Below, piece after piece: positions 1-10,628 of a stretch of 32,000 bases of DNA. Numbering within the stretch: the stretch's first letter is position 1; every line of letters begins with the position of its first letter. The position numbers and the translations under genes are program-made. A model generated the notes under the pieces. That model saw nothing but the letters and a program-made list of their open reading frames with translations. It was not told the DNA's origin and did no database searches. Where the stretch lies: the NCBI GenBank assembly GCA_016188675.1, contig JACPHJ010000152.1:39372-71371 (forward strand). The letters run 5' to 3'. This stretch comes from Planctomycetota bacterium. Lineage in GTDB: Bacteria; Planctomycetota; Brocadiia; Brocadiales; Brocadiaceae.

Positions 1-2
1 AT

Positions 3-233
3 AATTATATTTTCGATTTCTTTTGCAGTAAGTTAAAATTAGTGATTGAAATTGATGGTATAAGCCATAACAACAAGTCCACGAGCGATCAAATTAGGCA
101 GCAGAAATTAGAGTCATTGGGTTTATCAATATTACGATTTTACGATCTGGATGTCAAAAAAGATATGCATGCGGTAGTGCAGGTGATTGAAAACTGGATA
201 GACAAATTTGAAAAGGTAAACACAACCCCCTAA
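3..233 (+). CDS. C-terminal part of a DUF559-like (Vsr/restriction-endonuclease-fold) protein, truncated by window start
   Basis: The frame is open to the window edge and reads ..NYIFDFFCSKLKLVIEIDGISHNNKSTSDQIRQQKLESLGLSILRF. This matches the 'DFxxxxxKLvIEiDGxxH...R...L...G..vlRf' pattern of DUF559 proteins. The ORF-track start at 42 is internal. Confidence 0.7.
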   Translation, partial: NYIFDFFCSKLKLVIEIDGISHNNKSTSDQIRQQKLESLGLSILRFYDLDVKKDMHAVVQVIENWIDKFEKVNTTP

Positions 234-334
234 ATCCCCCTTAGAAAACCAGGGGGATTGACTAAGTTTAATACCCGCGCAACCAAGACGGTTACGCTAA
301 TGAGAAGGCTGCCAAATGCAGCCTGATTTAATAT

Positions 335-1117
335 ATGCGAAGTATTGCACTAACAAATCAAAAAGGCGGCGTTGCCAAAACAACGACCACCGTAAACCTG
401 GGCGCCTGTCTTGCACAGATGGGCAAGAAGGTGCTCCTGGTTGATTTAGACCCCCAGGGGAATCTGAGCTCATGGCTGGGTCTGGATATCCATAATCTCG
501 AACGCTCCATGTACAATGTGTTTTTGGAGGAAGTCTATTTTGAAGAGATTTTGACAAAGACATGCGTTGAGAATATGACCCTGGCCCCATCTAATGTCGC
601 ATTGGCTGGAGTGGAAAGAATCCTGGCCCATGAAAAGGGACGAGACCTCATCCTGCGAAAGCGCATGTCTGCCGTAGTAAACAACTACGACTATATTATG
701 CTGGATTGTCCGCCTTCATTGGGGCTGATTACCATTAACGCTTTAACCTTTGTCAAGGAGGTCTTCATTCCTTTGGAAACAAAGGTATTGGCATTAAATG
801 GTCTTGTAACCCTGATGAATACCGTACAGGTGGTAAAAGAGAGGTTGAACCACAGCCTGGAAGTAACCGGTATTGTTGCCTGCCGGTTCGACGGCCGGAC
901 AAATCTCAGCAACGAGGTATTTAACCAGATCAAAGAGCGTTTTAAAGACAAGGTCTTTGATACGATTATCAAGGAAAATACACGCCTGGCGGAATGTCCT
1001 ATTTCCGGAAAGCCTATTACCCTGTATGCCCCCGACAGTTCTGGCGCCGTAGATTATACGAATCTGGCCAAAGAGGTAATAGAAAGAGAAGATAGAATGA
1101 AAGAGACAAGAAAATAG
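335..1117 (+). CDS. ParA/Soj-family chromosome-partitioning-type ATPase
   Basis: Deviant Walker A NQKGGVAKTTTTVNLG near the N-terminus, VLLVDLDPQGN, and YDYIMLDCPPSLG; 260 aa, typical length. No adjacent parB. Confidence 0.93.
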   Translation: MRSIALTNQKGGVAKTTTTVNLGACLAQMGKKVLLVDLDPQGNLSSWLGLDIHNLERSMYNVFLEEVYFEEILTKTCVENMTLAPSNVALAGVERILAHEKGRDLILRKRMSAVVNNYDYIMLDCPPSLGLITINALTFVKEVFIPLETKVLALNGLVTLMNTVQVVKERLNHSLEVTGIVACRFDGRTNLSNEVFNQIKERFKDKVFDTIIKENTRLAECPISGKPITLYAPDSSGAVDYTNLAKEVIEREDRMKETRK

Positions 1118-1126
1118 AATAGTAAC

Positions 1127-3349
1127 ATGAAATTTTGGAAGAGCATATCCTTCTTATCCATAAGTTTTTCACTAATCTTTTTTACCCTTACAACCTTTGC
1201 TGAAGACACAGGCGCATCTTCGCCTTCGATCGGGGAACCGCCGCTTCAAACCGATACCTCTTCAAATAATAATGAGAAAAACACCTCCGATATGAACGCT
1301 GCCGTCATAAAGGGAATCTCGACTGAAGCAGTATGGTTTGGCGTTGACGAGGAAGTAACCATAGCGACACGGCATGAAATACAGATCAGCAAGGCGCCAA
1401 GCATTGTTACCGTAATTACCGATGAAGAAATCAAGCATCTGGGTTACCGTACCTTTGCGGAAATATTAAGAACTGTGCCTGGATTCGAGATTTTAAAAAC
1501 GGGGGCATTGGGAGACACAATCCCGGCCGTACGGGGCTTTGCAGGTGACAACAAGGTGCGGGTAATGCTCAACGGACACCTGGTAAATAACCCGTTAAGG
1601 GGCGGGGCATTTGTTAACTTCGATGATTTTCCCGTGGAAGGTATAAAAAGGATAGAAATTATCCGTGGTCCGGGTTCCGCCATGTACGGCGAAAATGCGT
1701 TTTTGGGAGTTATCAATATCATTACCAAAGACGCAAAGGATATTGACGGTGTAAGGGTAAGCAGTGGTTATGGAAGTTTTGACACATACGAAGAAAATAT
1801 CATATTTGGAGAGACGCATGGGGAGGTAGGCGTCTCCGGGATGGTGCGTTACAGGCAGACCAATGGTTTTGCCGGTGTTGTTGAGAGTGACAGTCAAACC
1901 ATAGTTGATAATTCTCTTTCTTCGCTTGGGTATTCTAAAGCTTCACAAGCGCCCGGCAAGGTGCATGACGGCAGACAAGAGTTCGACCTGAACCTTAAAG
2001 GCACTTACAAGGATTTCTATATCGAGGGGCTATATATTAATAAAAATGCCGGCCCTTTTATTGGTCCACAATACGCCTTAAATGACGAATCTGATGTGGA
2101 AAATAACTACGTTTTTGGTGAAGCGGGATATAAAAAGACCTTTGAAGAAAGGTTTACCTTAAAACCGAGGATTTATTATGACCAATTCGATAGAAACATT
2201 TATGCAGAATCGTTACCGGAGGGTGCAACTGTATCTTCCGATACTGATGGAGATGGTGTAGCAGATACTTATTATACTTATCCAGACGGACATATCGTAA
2301 ATAGTAAGCTAATTGAAAGGGTTCTCGGTACAGAAATTCCATTTGATTATGAACTGTTTGACGGAAATACATTAACCCTCGGCTTAGAATATCGTTATAT
2401 AAAACAAACCAACGTTCACTTTCTCTGCAACGTCGATCCCCTTACGTTGGAACCGCTGGACTCTATTCAGGACTTCTCTGACTCTTATCCACAGATAGGC
2501 AAAGCCACAAGAAATATTTGGTCGGCTTACCTGCAGGATACATGGGATATTACCGACACCTTAAATCTTACTCTTGGGGTAAGGCATGATCAGTATAGTG
2601 ATTTTGGCGGCACAACTAATCCACGGTCGGGCCTAACATGGGCATTTATGAAGAATGCATCGCTAAAGTTCCTTTATGGCGAAGCCTTCCGTGCGCCTAG
2701 TTTCGCAGAAATGCATGCTATTTACCAAAGGAATTCCATTATTCGCGGAAATGAGGATTTAGATCCGGAAACTGTCAGGTCATATGAAGCGGGGTTAAGT
2801 TACCGGTTTAATAAATACGTTACAAGCAGCGTAAATTATTTCTTTAATGATATAAAAGACCTTATTGTCTTACGAAGTACATTTGAAGATACAAAGAGGA
2901 TTTTAAGTTATGAAAACTTTGGAGATGCCCATGTTCAGGGTGTAGAGATGGAGACTAAGATAGACATAGCAAAAGGTAATTACGTTTTTATGAACTACAC
3001 CTTCCAGAACACGGAAGACGACGATGGGGATGACCTGCCATTTGTGTCGAATCACAAGGGTAATTTTGGGGTGAACGTACACTATTGGAAATACATTAAC
3101 ACAAATCTGAACACCTTTGTAAGCGGGAAGCGGTTCCGGGAAGAGGGCGATACAAGAGGCAACCTGCCCGCATATGCATTGTTAAACCTTTCGGTCATTG
3201 GAAAGGAATTCTTCAAAACCATGGAGGTGCAGGGAACGGTATATAATCTGCTGGACAAGGACTACAGTGATCCGGGGCCGACTTCCATACCGGAAGACCT
3301 TCCCAGGCCGGGAAGGACGTTTTTTATTGGACTAAGCTACCAGTTTTAG
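1127..3349 (+). CDS. TonB-dependent outer-membrane receptor
   Basis: Signal peptide, plug domain (APSIVTVITDEEIKHLGYRTFAEILRTVPGFE...VRGFAG...RVMLNGHLVN...IKRIEIIRGPGSAMYGENAFLGVINIITK), beta-barrel motifs (LTLGVRHDQY, LKFLYGEAFRAPSFAE) and a terminal aromatic residue (FFIGLSYQF). Confidence 0.95.
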   Translation: MKFWKSISFLSISFSLIFFTLTTFAEDTGASSPSIGEPPLQTDTSSNNNEKNTSDMNAAVIKGISTEAVWFGVDEEVTIATRHEIQISKAPSIVTVITDEEIKHLGYRTFAEILRTVPGFEILKTGALGDTIPAVRGFAGDNKVRVMLNGHLVNNPLRGGAFVNFDDFPVEGIKRIEIIRGPGSAMYGENAFLGVINIITKDAKDIDGVRVSSGYGSFDTYEENIIFGETHGEVGVSGMVRYRQTNGFAGVVESDSQTIVDNSLSSLGYSKASQAPGKVHDGRQEFDLNLKGTYKDFYIEGLYINKNAGPFIGPQYALNDESDVENNYVFGEAGYKKTFEERFTLKPRIYYDQFDRNIYAESLPEGATVSSDTDGDGVADTYYTYPDGHIVNSKLIERVLGTEIPFDYELFDGNTLTLGLEYRYIKQTNVHFLCNVDPLTLEPLDSIQDFSDSYPQIGKATRNIWSAYLQDTWDITDTLNLTLGVRHDQYSDFGGTTNPRSGLTWAFMKNASLKFLYGEAFRAPSFAEMHAIYQRNSIIRGNEDLDPETVRSYEAGLSYRFNKYVTSSVNYFFNDIKDLIVLRSTFEDTKRILSYENFGDAHVQGVEMETKIDIAKGNYVFMNYTFQNTEDDDGDDLPFVSNHKGNFGVNVHYWKYINTNLNTFVSGKRFREEGDTRGNLPAYALLNLSVIGKEFFKTMEVQGTVYNLLDKDYSDPGPTSIPEDLPRPGRTFFIGLSYQF

Positions 3350-3352
3350 CGA

Positions 3353-4372
3353 ATGACAAATATCTGTGTAATAACAATAATCTGTGCATATCCCCATACA
3401 CCTCTCAGTAATCTTTTTAAGGCCGTAGTATTTTGTTTTATCCTCACCTTTGTTTTCCAGGCCTCATTTCCTGATGCTTCCGTGTTTGCCGGGGGCCATA
3501 CAGCCATTGTTATACAAAGTCAGACAATTGCCGCTTATAGCGAAGCAATTAAGGGGTTTGAAGAAGGATGCAGGGATAAAGGCATCTCTATAAAGGCAAT
3601 CTATGACATGAAAGGAGACATAGACGAAGGTAAAAGTGTCATAAAAAATATTAAGGACAACAAACTCAGACCAGACCTTATCTTCTCCGTCGGTGTACTC
3701 GCCACAGCCCTCATAAAAGAGCAATTTCCGGATGTCCCTATCCTCTTTTGTATGGTTATAAATTACAAGCGTTTTAATTTAGCAGGCGCTAATATGACGG
3801 GTATTTCTTCAGAGGTGTCGGCTGAGGATCAATTTACTATTCTCAAGGAATTTCTTGGTGAAAAAAAGAGAATTGGAGTTATTTATGATCCAATGGAAAC
3901 CGGAAGTATTGTCTCAGAAGCAGTCCCCATTGGGCAAAAATCCGATTTCAATCTCCTCAAGGCAGAGGTTGCATCGGAAGGTGAGGTTGCGTCTGCGCTG
4001 AATAGCATGATTGGCAAAATTGATGCATTTTGGATAATACCTGACGGCACGGTAGTTACAAAAGAATCCCTGGAAATTATCCTGAAGATGAGTCTGAAAC
4101 ACCGCCTGCCGGTATTTTGTACTTCAAGCGCCATAGTGAAGGCAGGGGCGCTGGTTTCCATATCGCCGGATTACAGGCAGACGGGCCTTCAGGCGGCACA
4201 GATGGCACAGACGCTGTTAAGCAGTCCTACGGTTATTTCATTAGGCGTCAAACAGCCTGACAAATTGAAGATAACAGTAAACACCCAGACGGCAGGAATA
4301 ATTAAGGTAGATATGTCACCCCTTCGGTCAAGGCCTGACGTAGTGTTATATCCGGTAGCGCAACCAAAGTGA
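3353..4372 (+). CDS. ABC-type substrate-binding protein, ABC_sub_bind (PF04392)-like, periplasmic
   Basis: Hydrophobic N-terminal segment. FEEGCRDKGISIKAIYDMKGD...IKNIKDNKLRPDLIFSVGVLATALIKEQFPDVPILFCMVIN and ...RIGVIYDP are typical of this family. Starts 4 nt after the TonB receptor gene; no permease or ATPase nearby. Confidence 0.85.
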   Translation: MTNICVITIICAYPHTPLSNLFKAVVFCFILTFVFQASFPDASVFAGGHTAIVIQSQTIAAYSEAIKGFEEGCRDKGISIKAIYDMKGDIDEGKSVIKNIKDNKLRPDLIFSVGVLATALIKEQFPDVPILFCMVINYKRFNLAGANMTGISSEVSAEDQFTILKEFLGEKKRIGVIYDPMETGSIVSEAVPIGQKSDFNLLKAEVASEGEVASALNSMIGKIDAFWIIPDGTVVTKESLEIILKMSLKHRLPVFCTSSAIVKAGALVSISPDYRQTGLQAAQMAQTLLSSPTVISLGVKQPDKLKITVNTQTAGIIKVDMSPLRSRPDVVLYPVAQPK

Positions 4373-4492
4373 GTAAAAGCGACGAGTGGCAAGTGGCGGG
4401 TGACGTTTTCCGCGTCACCTGTCACCCGTCACTTAAAAAACTTGCTAAAAGAAGTTTTACAATGTAAGACATTAAATGCATTTTGAAATTAT

Positions 4493-7400
4493 ATGATTAG
4501 TATTCGCACAAGGCTTATTGTTTTGATTTGTCTGTTGATAACCGTTATCGACATACTTAGTTGTCTATTCTTTTTCATCCATACGGAAAATGCACAGGAG
4601 ACAGTATTCAAGAAATTAGGCACATCCCTTGTTATATTACTTGCCCAGGACAATGAGGTCGAGCTTGCCCTTGATCATGCACAGCCGGCATTTTTAGGAA
4701 CTCCTGTTAAAAGGGTGCAGGCATTTGACAGAGACAAGGAAATAGGGTACTGGCGAATAGCAAACACTCAAGCGGTTATGGTTGAAGAGAAGGCAGCGTG
4801 GTGCGGCATTCAATTGAATGAGATTCCTGCCAGAAAAGACTCCGAAAGTTCGGATACGCCACGTATCAATCGCATAATTTCATCTTCAGGAGAAGTATTT
4901 TATGACTTTTCGGCGCCGGTCTTTGAGAAGCAGGCATTCTCAGAGGAGGCATTTGCCACCCAGATTTTAGCTGAGGACAAGATTCTTGCAGAAACAAAGC
5001 ACAGGGTACTGGGGTCTGTGCAAATTGGCTTGTCCACACACAAATTAAACGAAAAGATACACGAGGTCATATTATACGGCATTATCCCGCTGGGCTTTGG
5101 CATCATTGTTGGTGGGGTAGTCATTACCTTCTTTCTTACCAGACATATTGTTTCACCTATCAAGCAGTTGGCAAGTATTACTCTGGATATTGCCAGGGGA
5201 AATCTCAGCCGTACGGTAGACATTCGTTCTCAGGACGAGATTGGGCAGTTATCCATGAATTTCAATCAGATGACGAAGTCGCTGGAGAAGTCGTATGCAG
5301 ATTTGAAGCAGGAAATTGTCGGGCATAAGCATACGGAGGAATTATTACAGTATCGGCTTAAGATAGAAGAGTTGATAGCGACCATATCATCGAATTTCAT
5401 TAATCTTGCGCCCTATGAAGTTGATGCGGGGATAAGTCGTGCCCTGAAGATAATCGGGGAGTTTGCCGTAGTTGATCGCAGTTATGTGTTTCAGTACTCA
5501 GACGCTGAAAGAAAGAAGATGGATAATACGCATGAGTGGTGTGCGGAAGGGATTGTACCGCAGATTGATAAGCTTAAAGGGCTATCGGTAGATCGTTTCC
5601 AGTGGGGAATTGAGAGACTGGAGCGATTCGAAAGCATTCATGTCCCGCGGGTGGCGGATATGCCTGAGAGTGCAAGGGCGGAAAAAGAACTCCAAGTGTC
5701 TCAGTCCGTGCAGTCGTTTGTAATCGTTCCGATGGTATATGGCGGGTCGCTTGTCGGATTTTTGGGATTCGATTCGGTACGAACCGAAAATAAATGGACA
5801 GAAGAAGACATGGCGCTCCTTAAAATGGTAGGGGAAATATTTGTGAATGCCTTAGAGCATAAACGGGCGTGGGAGATGTTGCAAAAGGCGCACGACAAGC
5901 TGGAAATACGTGTTATGGACCGGACGCTCGAACTTTTGAAAGCCAATGAGCTTCTGAAAGAAGAGATCGCTGAACATAAAAAGGCGAAGGCTGAATTAAA
6001 GAAATATGAAATACTAATTTCAGAAATAACCGATCTTCCGTATATTTGCGATATAGAAGGAAATATATTATTTGTAAATAATATGTTTGATAAACTTACA
6101 GGCCGCAAGAGGGAAGAATTCATTGGAAAATCTTTTGCTCCTCTTTTCGATGAAGAAAATCTGAAAATAGCAACTGATGCATACTCAAAAACATTAAAAG
6201 GCGAAAGTCCTCTTTACGAACTTTATTTCAAGGATACAGGGGTATTATGCGAATATAAAAATCTTCCCTTAAGGGACGAGGCTGGAAACATCATTGGCGT
6301 TATTGGCACGGCAAGAGATATCACAGAAAGAAAACGAATGGAAGAGATGTTGCGAAAAACGAATCAGACCCTTCGTGCTATGATTCTCGCTTCTCCATTA
6401 GCCATAACTGTTTTCGATCCATACGGGAACGTAAAGATGTGGAATCCTTCTGCCGAGCATATTTTTGGCTGGGCTGAAGAAGAGGTACTCGGAAAATTTC
6501 TTCCTATTATACCCGAAGGCGAACAGGATGAGTTTCGCGCATTGCTTGATCGTGTGCTTAGAGGTGAGTCATTTATGGATAGGGAGGTATTGGGAAAGAA
6601 GCGAGACAGTTCATCAATAGATATAAGTATTTCAACGGCTCCACTGTGCGATACCAAAGGTGAGGTTGTTGGTGTCGTCGGTATAATAGCGGATATTACA
6701 GAACACAAGCGAATGACCGATGCCTTGCGTCAGGCAAAGGAGTATGCTGAAAATCTTATTGAAACAGCGAATGTGATAGTTATGGGACTGGATATTAATG
6801 GAAATATTCGGGTATTTAACAAAACGGCTGAAGACATTACGGGATACAAGAAGGCAGAGATATTAGGGAAAAATTGGTTTGATATCATTACACCGAAGGA
6901 CATATTCCCGTATGTTTGGCAAACTTTTCATAGATGGCAGAATGGTGAACAATTGCAAACTACATACGAAAATCCCATTATTACAAAGTCTGGTAAAAGG
7001 AGATACATCTCCTGGCAGAACACCGAAGTGCGGGATCAAGGGAGAATTATTGGAATAATTTCCTTTGGAAACGATATTACAGAACAAAAGCGAAAAAAAG
7101 CACTGGTAGAACGATTACGTTTAATGTCGTTTGTAAAAGACATAGGTATTGCTATCAACGAAGGGAACACTACGCATGAAATCCTCCGACAATGCACTGA
7201 GGCCATTGTCCATAATCTTGATGCTGCGTTTGCACGTATCTGGACGCTCAATGAAAAAGAGAACGTACTGGAACTTCAAGCCAGCGCTGGAATGTATACC
7301 CATATCGACGGTTCACATAGCCGTATACCTGTTGGCAAATTTAAAATCGGCATTATTGCTCAGGAGCGCATACCTCGCCTGACGAATAATCTCGTCAGTG

Positions 7401-8704
7401 ATCCAGACGTTAGTGACAAGGACTGGGCGAAACGGGAAGGTATAATTGCCTTCGCCGGCTATCCATTGATTATCAAAGAACATTTAGTGGGAGTTGTTGC
7501 CATGTTTTCACGCAAACCGCTCACTGAGTTCGTCCAGAGGGCATTGGCTTCCTCAGCAGACATAATTGCGCTTGGAATTGACCGCAAGTGCGCAGAAGAG
7601 GCGCTACGCGTGAGCGAAAACAGATACAGAAGGCTACTGGAAAATCTCCCACAGAGAATATTTCATAAGGACAGGGACTCAATGTATGTGTCCTGTAATG
7701 AAAATTATGCAAGGGATTTAAAAATCAAACCAGAAGAAATCCTCGGAAAAACCGATTATGACTTTTATCCGAAAATATTAGCCAATAAATATAGGTCCGA
7801 TGACAAGAGAATCATGGAGTCAGGAAAAACGGAAGACTTTGAAGAGAAATATATTCAAGATGGCAGAGAATTTATGGTACAAACCATTAAAACACCTTTG
7901 AAAGACGAGAATGGTAATATAATTGGCATATTGGGTATTTTCTGGGACATTACGGAAAAAATTGCCATGCAGGTTGAGGCCGTGCGGAGCAGACACCTCG
8001 TATCATTGGGTGAAATGGCGGCTGGCGTAGCGCATGAAATCAATAATCCCATTACCGGAATTATCAACTACTCGCAGATAATAGCCAACAAGAGCATCAA
8101 AGGGAGCAGAGAAAACGACCTTGCCAAAAGAATTATAAGAGAAGGGGAAAGAATCGCCGTCATAGTCAGAAGCTTGCTTTCTTTTGCCCGGGCGGATGAT
8201 CGGAAAGACAAAAAAAGTCCCGTTTATATTCATGAAATACTTTCCGACACACTTACTCTGACAGAGGCACAGATGCGTAAAGACGGTATCATACTAAAAT
8301 TGAATGCCCCGCCTAAACTGCCAAAGATAATTGCAAATCCTCATCAGATTCAACAGGTATTTTTGAATATTGTGAGCAACGCACGGTACGCCTTGAATCA
8401 AAAATACCTGGAAGCACATGATGACAAGATCCTTGAAATTCTTGGCGAAAAAATAGTAATTGATAATTGTCTCTACGTGAGGGTTATATTTTATGATCGT
8501 GGGATAGGTATACCTGCTGATATAATGAATAGAATAATGAACCCATTTTTTACAACAAAACCCGTCGGGAAGGGAACAGGTCTGGGTTTGAGTATCAGTC
8601 ACGGCATTATTAGCGATCATGGCGGTAAACTTATTATTGATAGTACTGAGGGGAAGTTTACTAAAGTTGCGGTTATTTTGCCTGCTATGTCAAAACCCCA
8701 ATAG
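4493..8704 (+). CDS. Very large membrane sensor histidine kinase (TM-periplasmic-TM-HAMP, GAF, multiple PAS, GAF, PAS, HisKA, HATPase)
   Basis: 1403 aa. N-terminal TM helix, second TM then HAMP (RHIVSPIKQLASITLDIARGNLSRTVDIRSQDEIGQLSMNFNQM), several PAS/PAC ends (GTARDITERK, GIIADITEHK, SFGNDITEQK, GIFWDITEK), H-box MAAGVAHEINNPITGII, N-box NIVSNARYAL, G-box GKGTGLGLSISHGII. Confidence 0.95.
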   Translation: MISIRTRLIVLICLLITVIDILSCLFFFIHTENAQETVFKKLGTSLVILLAQDNEVELALDHAQPAFLGTPVKRVQAFDRDKEIGYWRIANTQAVMVEEKAAWCGIQLNEIPARKDSESSDTPRINRIISSSGEVFYDFSAPVFEKQAFSEEAFATQILAEDKILAETKHRVLGSVQIGLSTHKLNEKIHEVILYGIIPLGFGIIVGGVVITFFLTRHIVSPIKQLASITLDIARGNLSRTVDIRSQDEIGQLSMNFNQMTKSLEKSYADLKQEIVGHKHTEELLQYRLKIEELIATISSNFINLAPYEVDAGISRALKIIGEFAVVDRSYVFQYSDAERKKMDNTHEWCAEGIVPQIDKLKGLSVDRFQWGIERLERFESIHVPRVADMPESARAEKELQVSQSVQSFVIVPMVYGGSLVGFLGFDSVRTENKWTEEDMALLKMVGEIFVNALEHKRAWEMLQKAHDKLEIRVMDRTLELLKANELLKEEIAEHKKAKAELKKYEILISEITDLPYICDIEGNILFVNNMFDKLTGRKREEFIGKSFAPLFDEENLKIATDAYSKTLKGESPLYELYFKDTGVLCEYKNLPLRDEAGNIIGVIGTARDITERKRMEEMLRKTNQTLRAMILASPLAITVFDPYGNVKMWNPSAEHIFGWAEEEVLGKFLPIIPEGEQDEFRALLDRVLRGESFMDREVLGKKRDSSSIDISISTAPLCDTKGEVVGVVGIIADITEHKRMTDALRQAKEYAENLIETANVIVMGLDINGNIRVFNKTAEDITGYKKAEILGKNWFDIITPKDIFPYVWQTFHRWQNGEQLQTTYENPIITKSGKRRYISWQNTEVRDQGRIIGIISFGNDITEQKRKKALVERLRLMSFVKDIGIAINEGNTTHEILRQCTEAIVHNLDAAFARIWTLNEKENVLELQASAGMYTHIDGSHSRIPVGKFKIGIIAQERIPRLTNNLVSDPDVSDKDWAKREGIIAFAGYPLIIKEHLVGVVAMFSRKPLTEFVQRALASSADIIALGIDRKCAEEALRVSENRYRRLLENLPQRIFHKDRDSMYVSCNENYARDLKIKPEEILGKTDYDFYPKILANKYRSDDKRIMESGKTEDFEEKYIQDGREFMVQTIKTPLKDENGNIIGILGIFWDITEKIAMQVEAVRSRHLVSLGEMAAGVAHEINNPITGIINYSQIIANKSIKGSRENDLAKRIIREGERIAVIVRSLLSFARADDRKDKKSPVYIHEILSDTLTLTEAQMRKDGIILKLNAPPKLPKIIANPHQIQQVFLNIVSNARYALNQKYLEAHDDKILEILGEKIVIDNCLYVRVIFYDRGIGIPADIMNRIMNPFFTTKPVGKGTGLGLSISHGIISDHGGKLIIDSTEGKFTKVAVILPAMSKPQ

Positions 8705-8861
8705 AATAATAAAACACAAAACTCATACACACTAAAAATTGCGTTTAGCTTTAAAAGGATTATCTGATAAAATTATTTGGTATAAAATTTGATATAATTT
8801 AACATAGATTTTAATAACGTATTTTCGGAAGACCTTAAATATTTGATTATTGGGTAGAAAT

Positions 8862-10628
8862 ATGGAATCAAAAATTCTTGTAATTGACGATGAAGAAAGT
8901 ATCAGGTATACCTTCGAAAGCTTTCTTTTAGACGAAGGGTATGAGGTATTAACTGCAAGGGATTACCAGGAAGCCTTGTCTGCAATTGGCGCGACGGAAC
9001 TCGATTTGATATTTGCAGATATTCTCTTAGAGGGAAAGACAGGAATTGATGTTTTAAGAAAAACTAAAGAAAGAAATCTCCGATGTCCCGTTGTTATGAT
9101 TACGGGAGACCCTAATATAGATTCTGCTTCGGAAGCGCTTCGGTTAGGCGCCTTTGATTACATTCCCAAACCTATAAAGCAGGATACGCTTTTGCGTATT
9201 ACTAAGATAGCCTTACAACATAAGGCGCTGGTTGACGAGAAGGAGCGGTATCGCTCTAACCTTGAGGCTATTTTCAGGAGTGTAAAAGATGCAATCATCG
9301 CGGTGGATAAAGAATTATGCCTGCTTGAGATTAATGATGCGGCCAAAACCATTTGTAATTTGTCTCATGATTCTATTGGAAAGGCATTTAATTCCACTGC
9401 TAAATATTGCAATGGAAAATGTCTTGATGTACTTGAAGAAACTATTAATAAAAAACAGCCTGTTGAGGTATATCGTCTTGAATGCCAGCACAAACAGCGT
9501 CCACAACAGGTTGTAAATATCACTTCACATCCGTTATTGAGTAAAATATCTAAACCAGCAAATTCCTTTTCTGCTAAAAACGAACAATGTGAAATTTATC
9601 AGGACAGTAAAAATACATTCTCAGGCGTTATCCTCGTGGTAAGAGATGAAACGCGTTTAGCAAATCTCGAACAAGATCTGAGGGAACGCCAGCAATTCCA
9701 TAATATCATTGGGAAAAGTGAAAAAATGCAGGCTATTTATTCTCTCATTGATAATTTAGCCGACGTTGAGACCACGGTCCTGATTACTGGCGAAACCGGC
9801 ACAGGTAAAGAATTGATTGCGGAGGCATTGCATTCCAAAGGGGGACGATGCCATAAACCTCTCGTTAAAGTAAATTGCTCGGCGTTATCGGAAAATCTGC
9901 TTGAAAGTGAACTCTTTGGACATGTTAAAGGCGCTTTTTCAGGCGCTATTCAGGATAGAATCGGCAGATTTCAAAGGGCAAATGGAGGAACTATATTTTT
10001 GGATGAAATTGGCGATATATCTCCAAGGACGCAACTACAATTGTTGAGGGTGGTACAGGAAAAAGAATTTGAAAGGGTGGGAGATTCGACTCCTATCAAA
10101 GTTGACGTTAGAATTGTTGCTGCTACAAATCAGAGTCTTCGGGAGAAGGTAAGGCGCGGCGATTTTCGTGAAGACCTTTACTATCGCCTGAAGGTTGTCG
10201 AACTAATCATGCCGCCGCTAAGAGAAAGAAAAGAAGATATTCCTTTATTATTAAATCATTTTCTGAATAAGTTTAACAAAAAGTTAAATAAGGAAATTGT
10301 TGCTGTCTCTACTGATGTACAAAAAATATTTATGGATTGTTCCTGGCCTGGCAATGTTCGGGAACTCGAACATACCCTGGAACACGCCTTTATCCTTTGC
10401 CGGCAAAATACCATTACCATTGATTGTTTGCCGCTTGCTTTTAAAGATCTTACAGGAACTAAAATTCCTGCTTTAGGAGAACCGGGAGTTGACGAACTTC
10501 ATGCGATCCTTCATGCACTGGAAAAGACATCGTGGAACAAAGCCAGGGCAGCCCGCCTATTAGGTATGAGCAGGCGAACAATATATCGAAAAATTAAAGA
10601 ATTCAAAATCAAGATGCAGAGTACATAA
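8862..10628 (+). CDS. NtrC/AtoC-type sigma-54-dependent response regulator (REC-PAS-AAA+-HTH_8)
   Basis: MESKILVIDDEESIRYTFESFL with acceptor Asp in FADILLEGKTG; Walker A GETGTGKELIAEALH; GAFSGA loop; FLDEIGDISPRTQLQLLRV; Fis-type HTH KARAARLLGMSRRTIYRKIKEF. ATG at 8862 preferred over the ORF-track TTG at 8850. Confidence 0.95.
   Translation: MESKILVIDDEESIRYTFESFLLDEGYEVLTARDYQEALSAIGATELDLIFADILLEGKTGIDVLRKTKERNLRCPVVMITGDPNIDSASEALRLGAFDYIPKPIKQDTLLRITKIALQHKALVDEKERYRSNLEAIFRSVKDAIIAVDKELCLLEINDAAKTICNLSHDSIGKAFNSTAKYCNGKCLDVLEETINKKQPVEVYRLECQHKQRPQQVVNITSHPLLSKISKPANSFSAKNEQCEIYQDSKNTFSGVILVVRDETRLANLEQDLRERQQFHNIIGKSEKMQAIYSLIDNLADVETTVLITGETGTGKELIAEALHSKGGRCHKPLVKVNCSALSENLLESELFGHVKGAFSGAIQDRIGRFQRANGGTIFLDEIGDISPRTQLQLLRVVQEKEFERVGDSTPIKVDVRIVAATNQSLREKVRRGDFREDLYYRLKVVELIMPPLRERKEDIPLLLNHFLNKFNKKLNKEIVAVSTDVQKIFMDCSWPGNVRELEHTLEHAFILCRQNTITIDCLPLAFKDLTGTKIPALGEPGVDELHAILHALEKTSWNKARAARLLGMSRRTIYRKIKEFKIKMQST

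Noticed and set aside
4493-8704. Hybrid kinase with internal receiver
   Set aside because: No receiver-domain signature was found after HATPase; the protein ends shortly after the ATPase domain.
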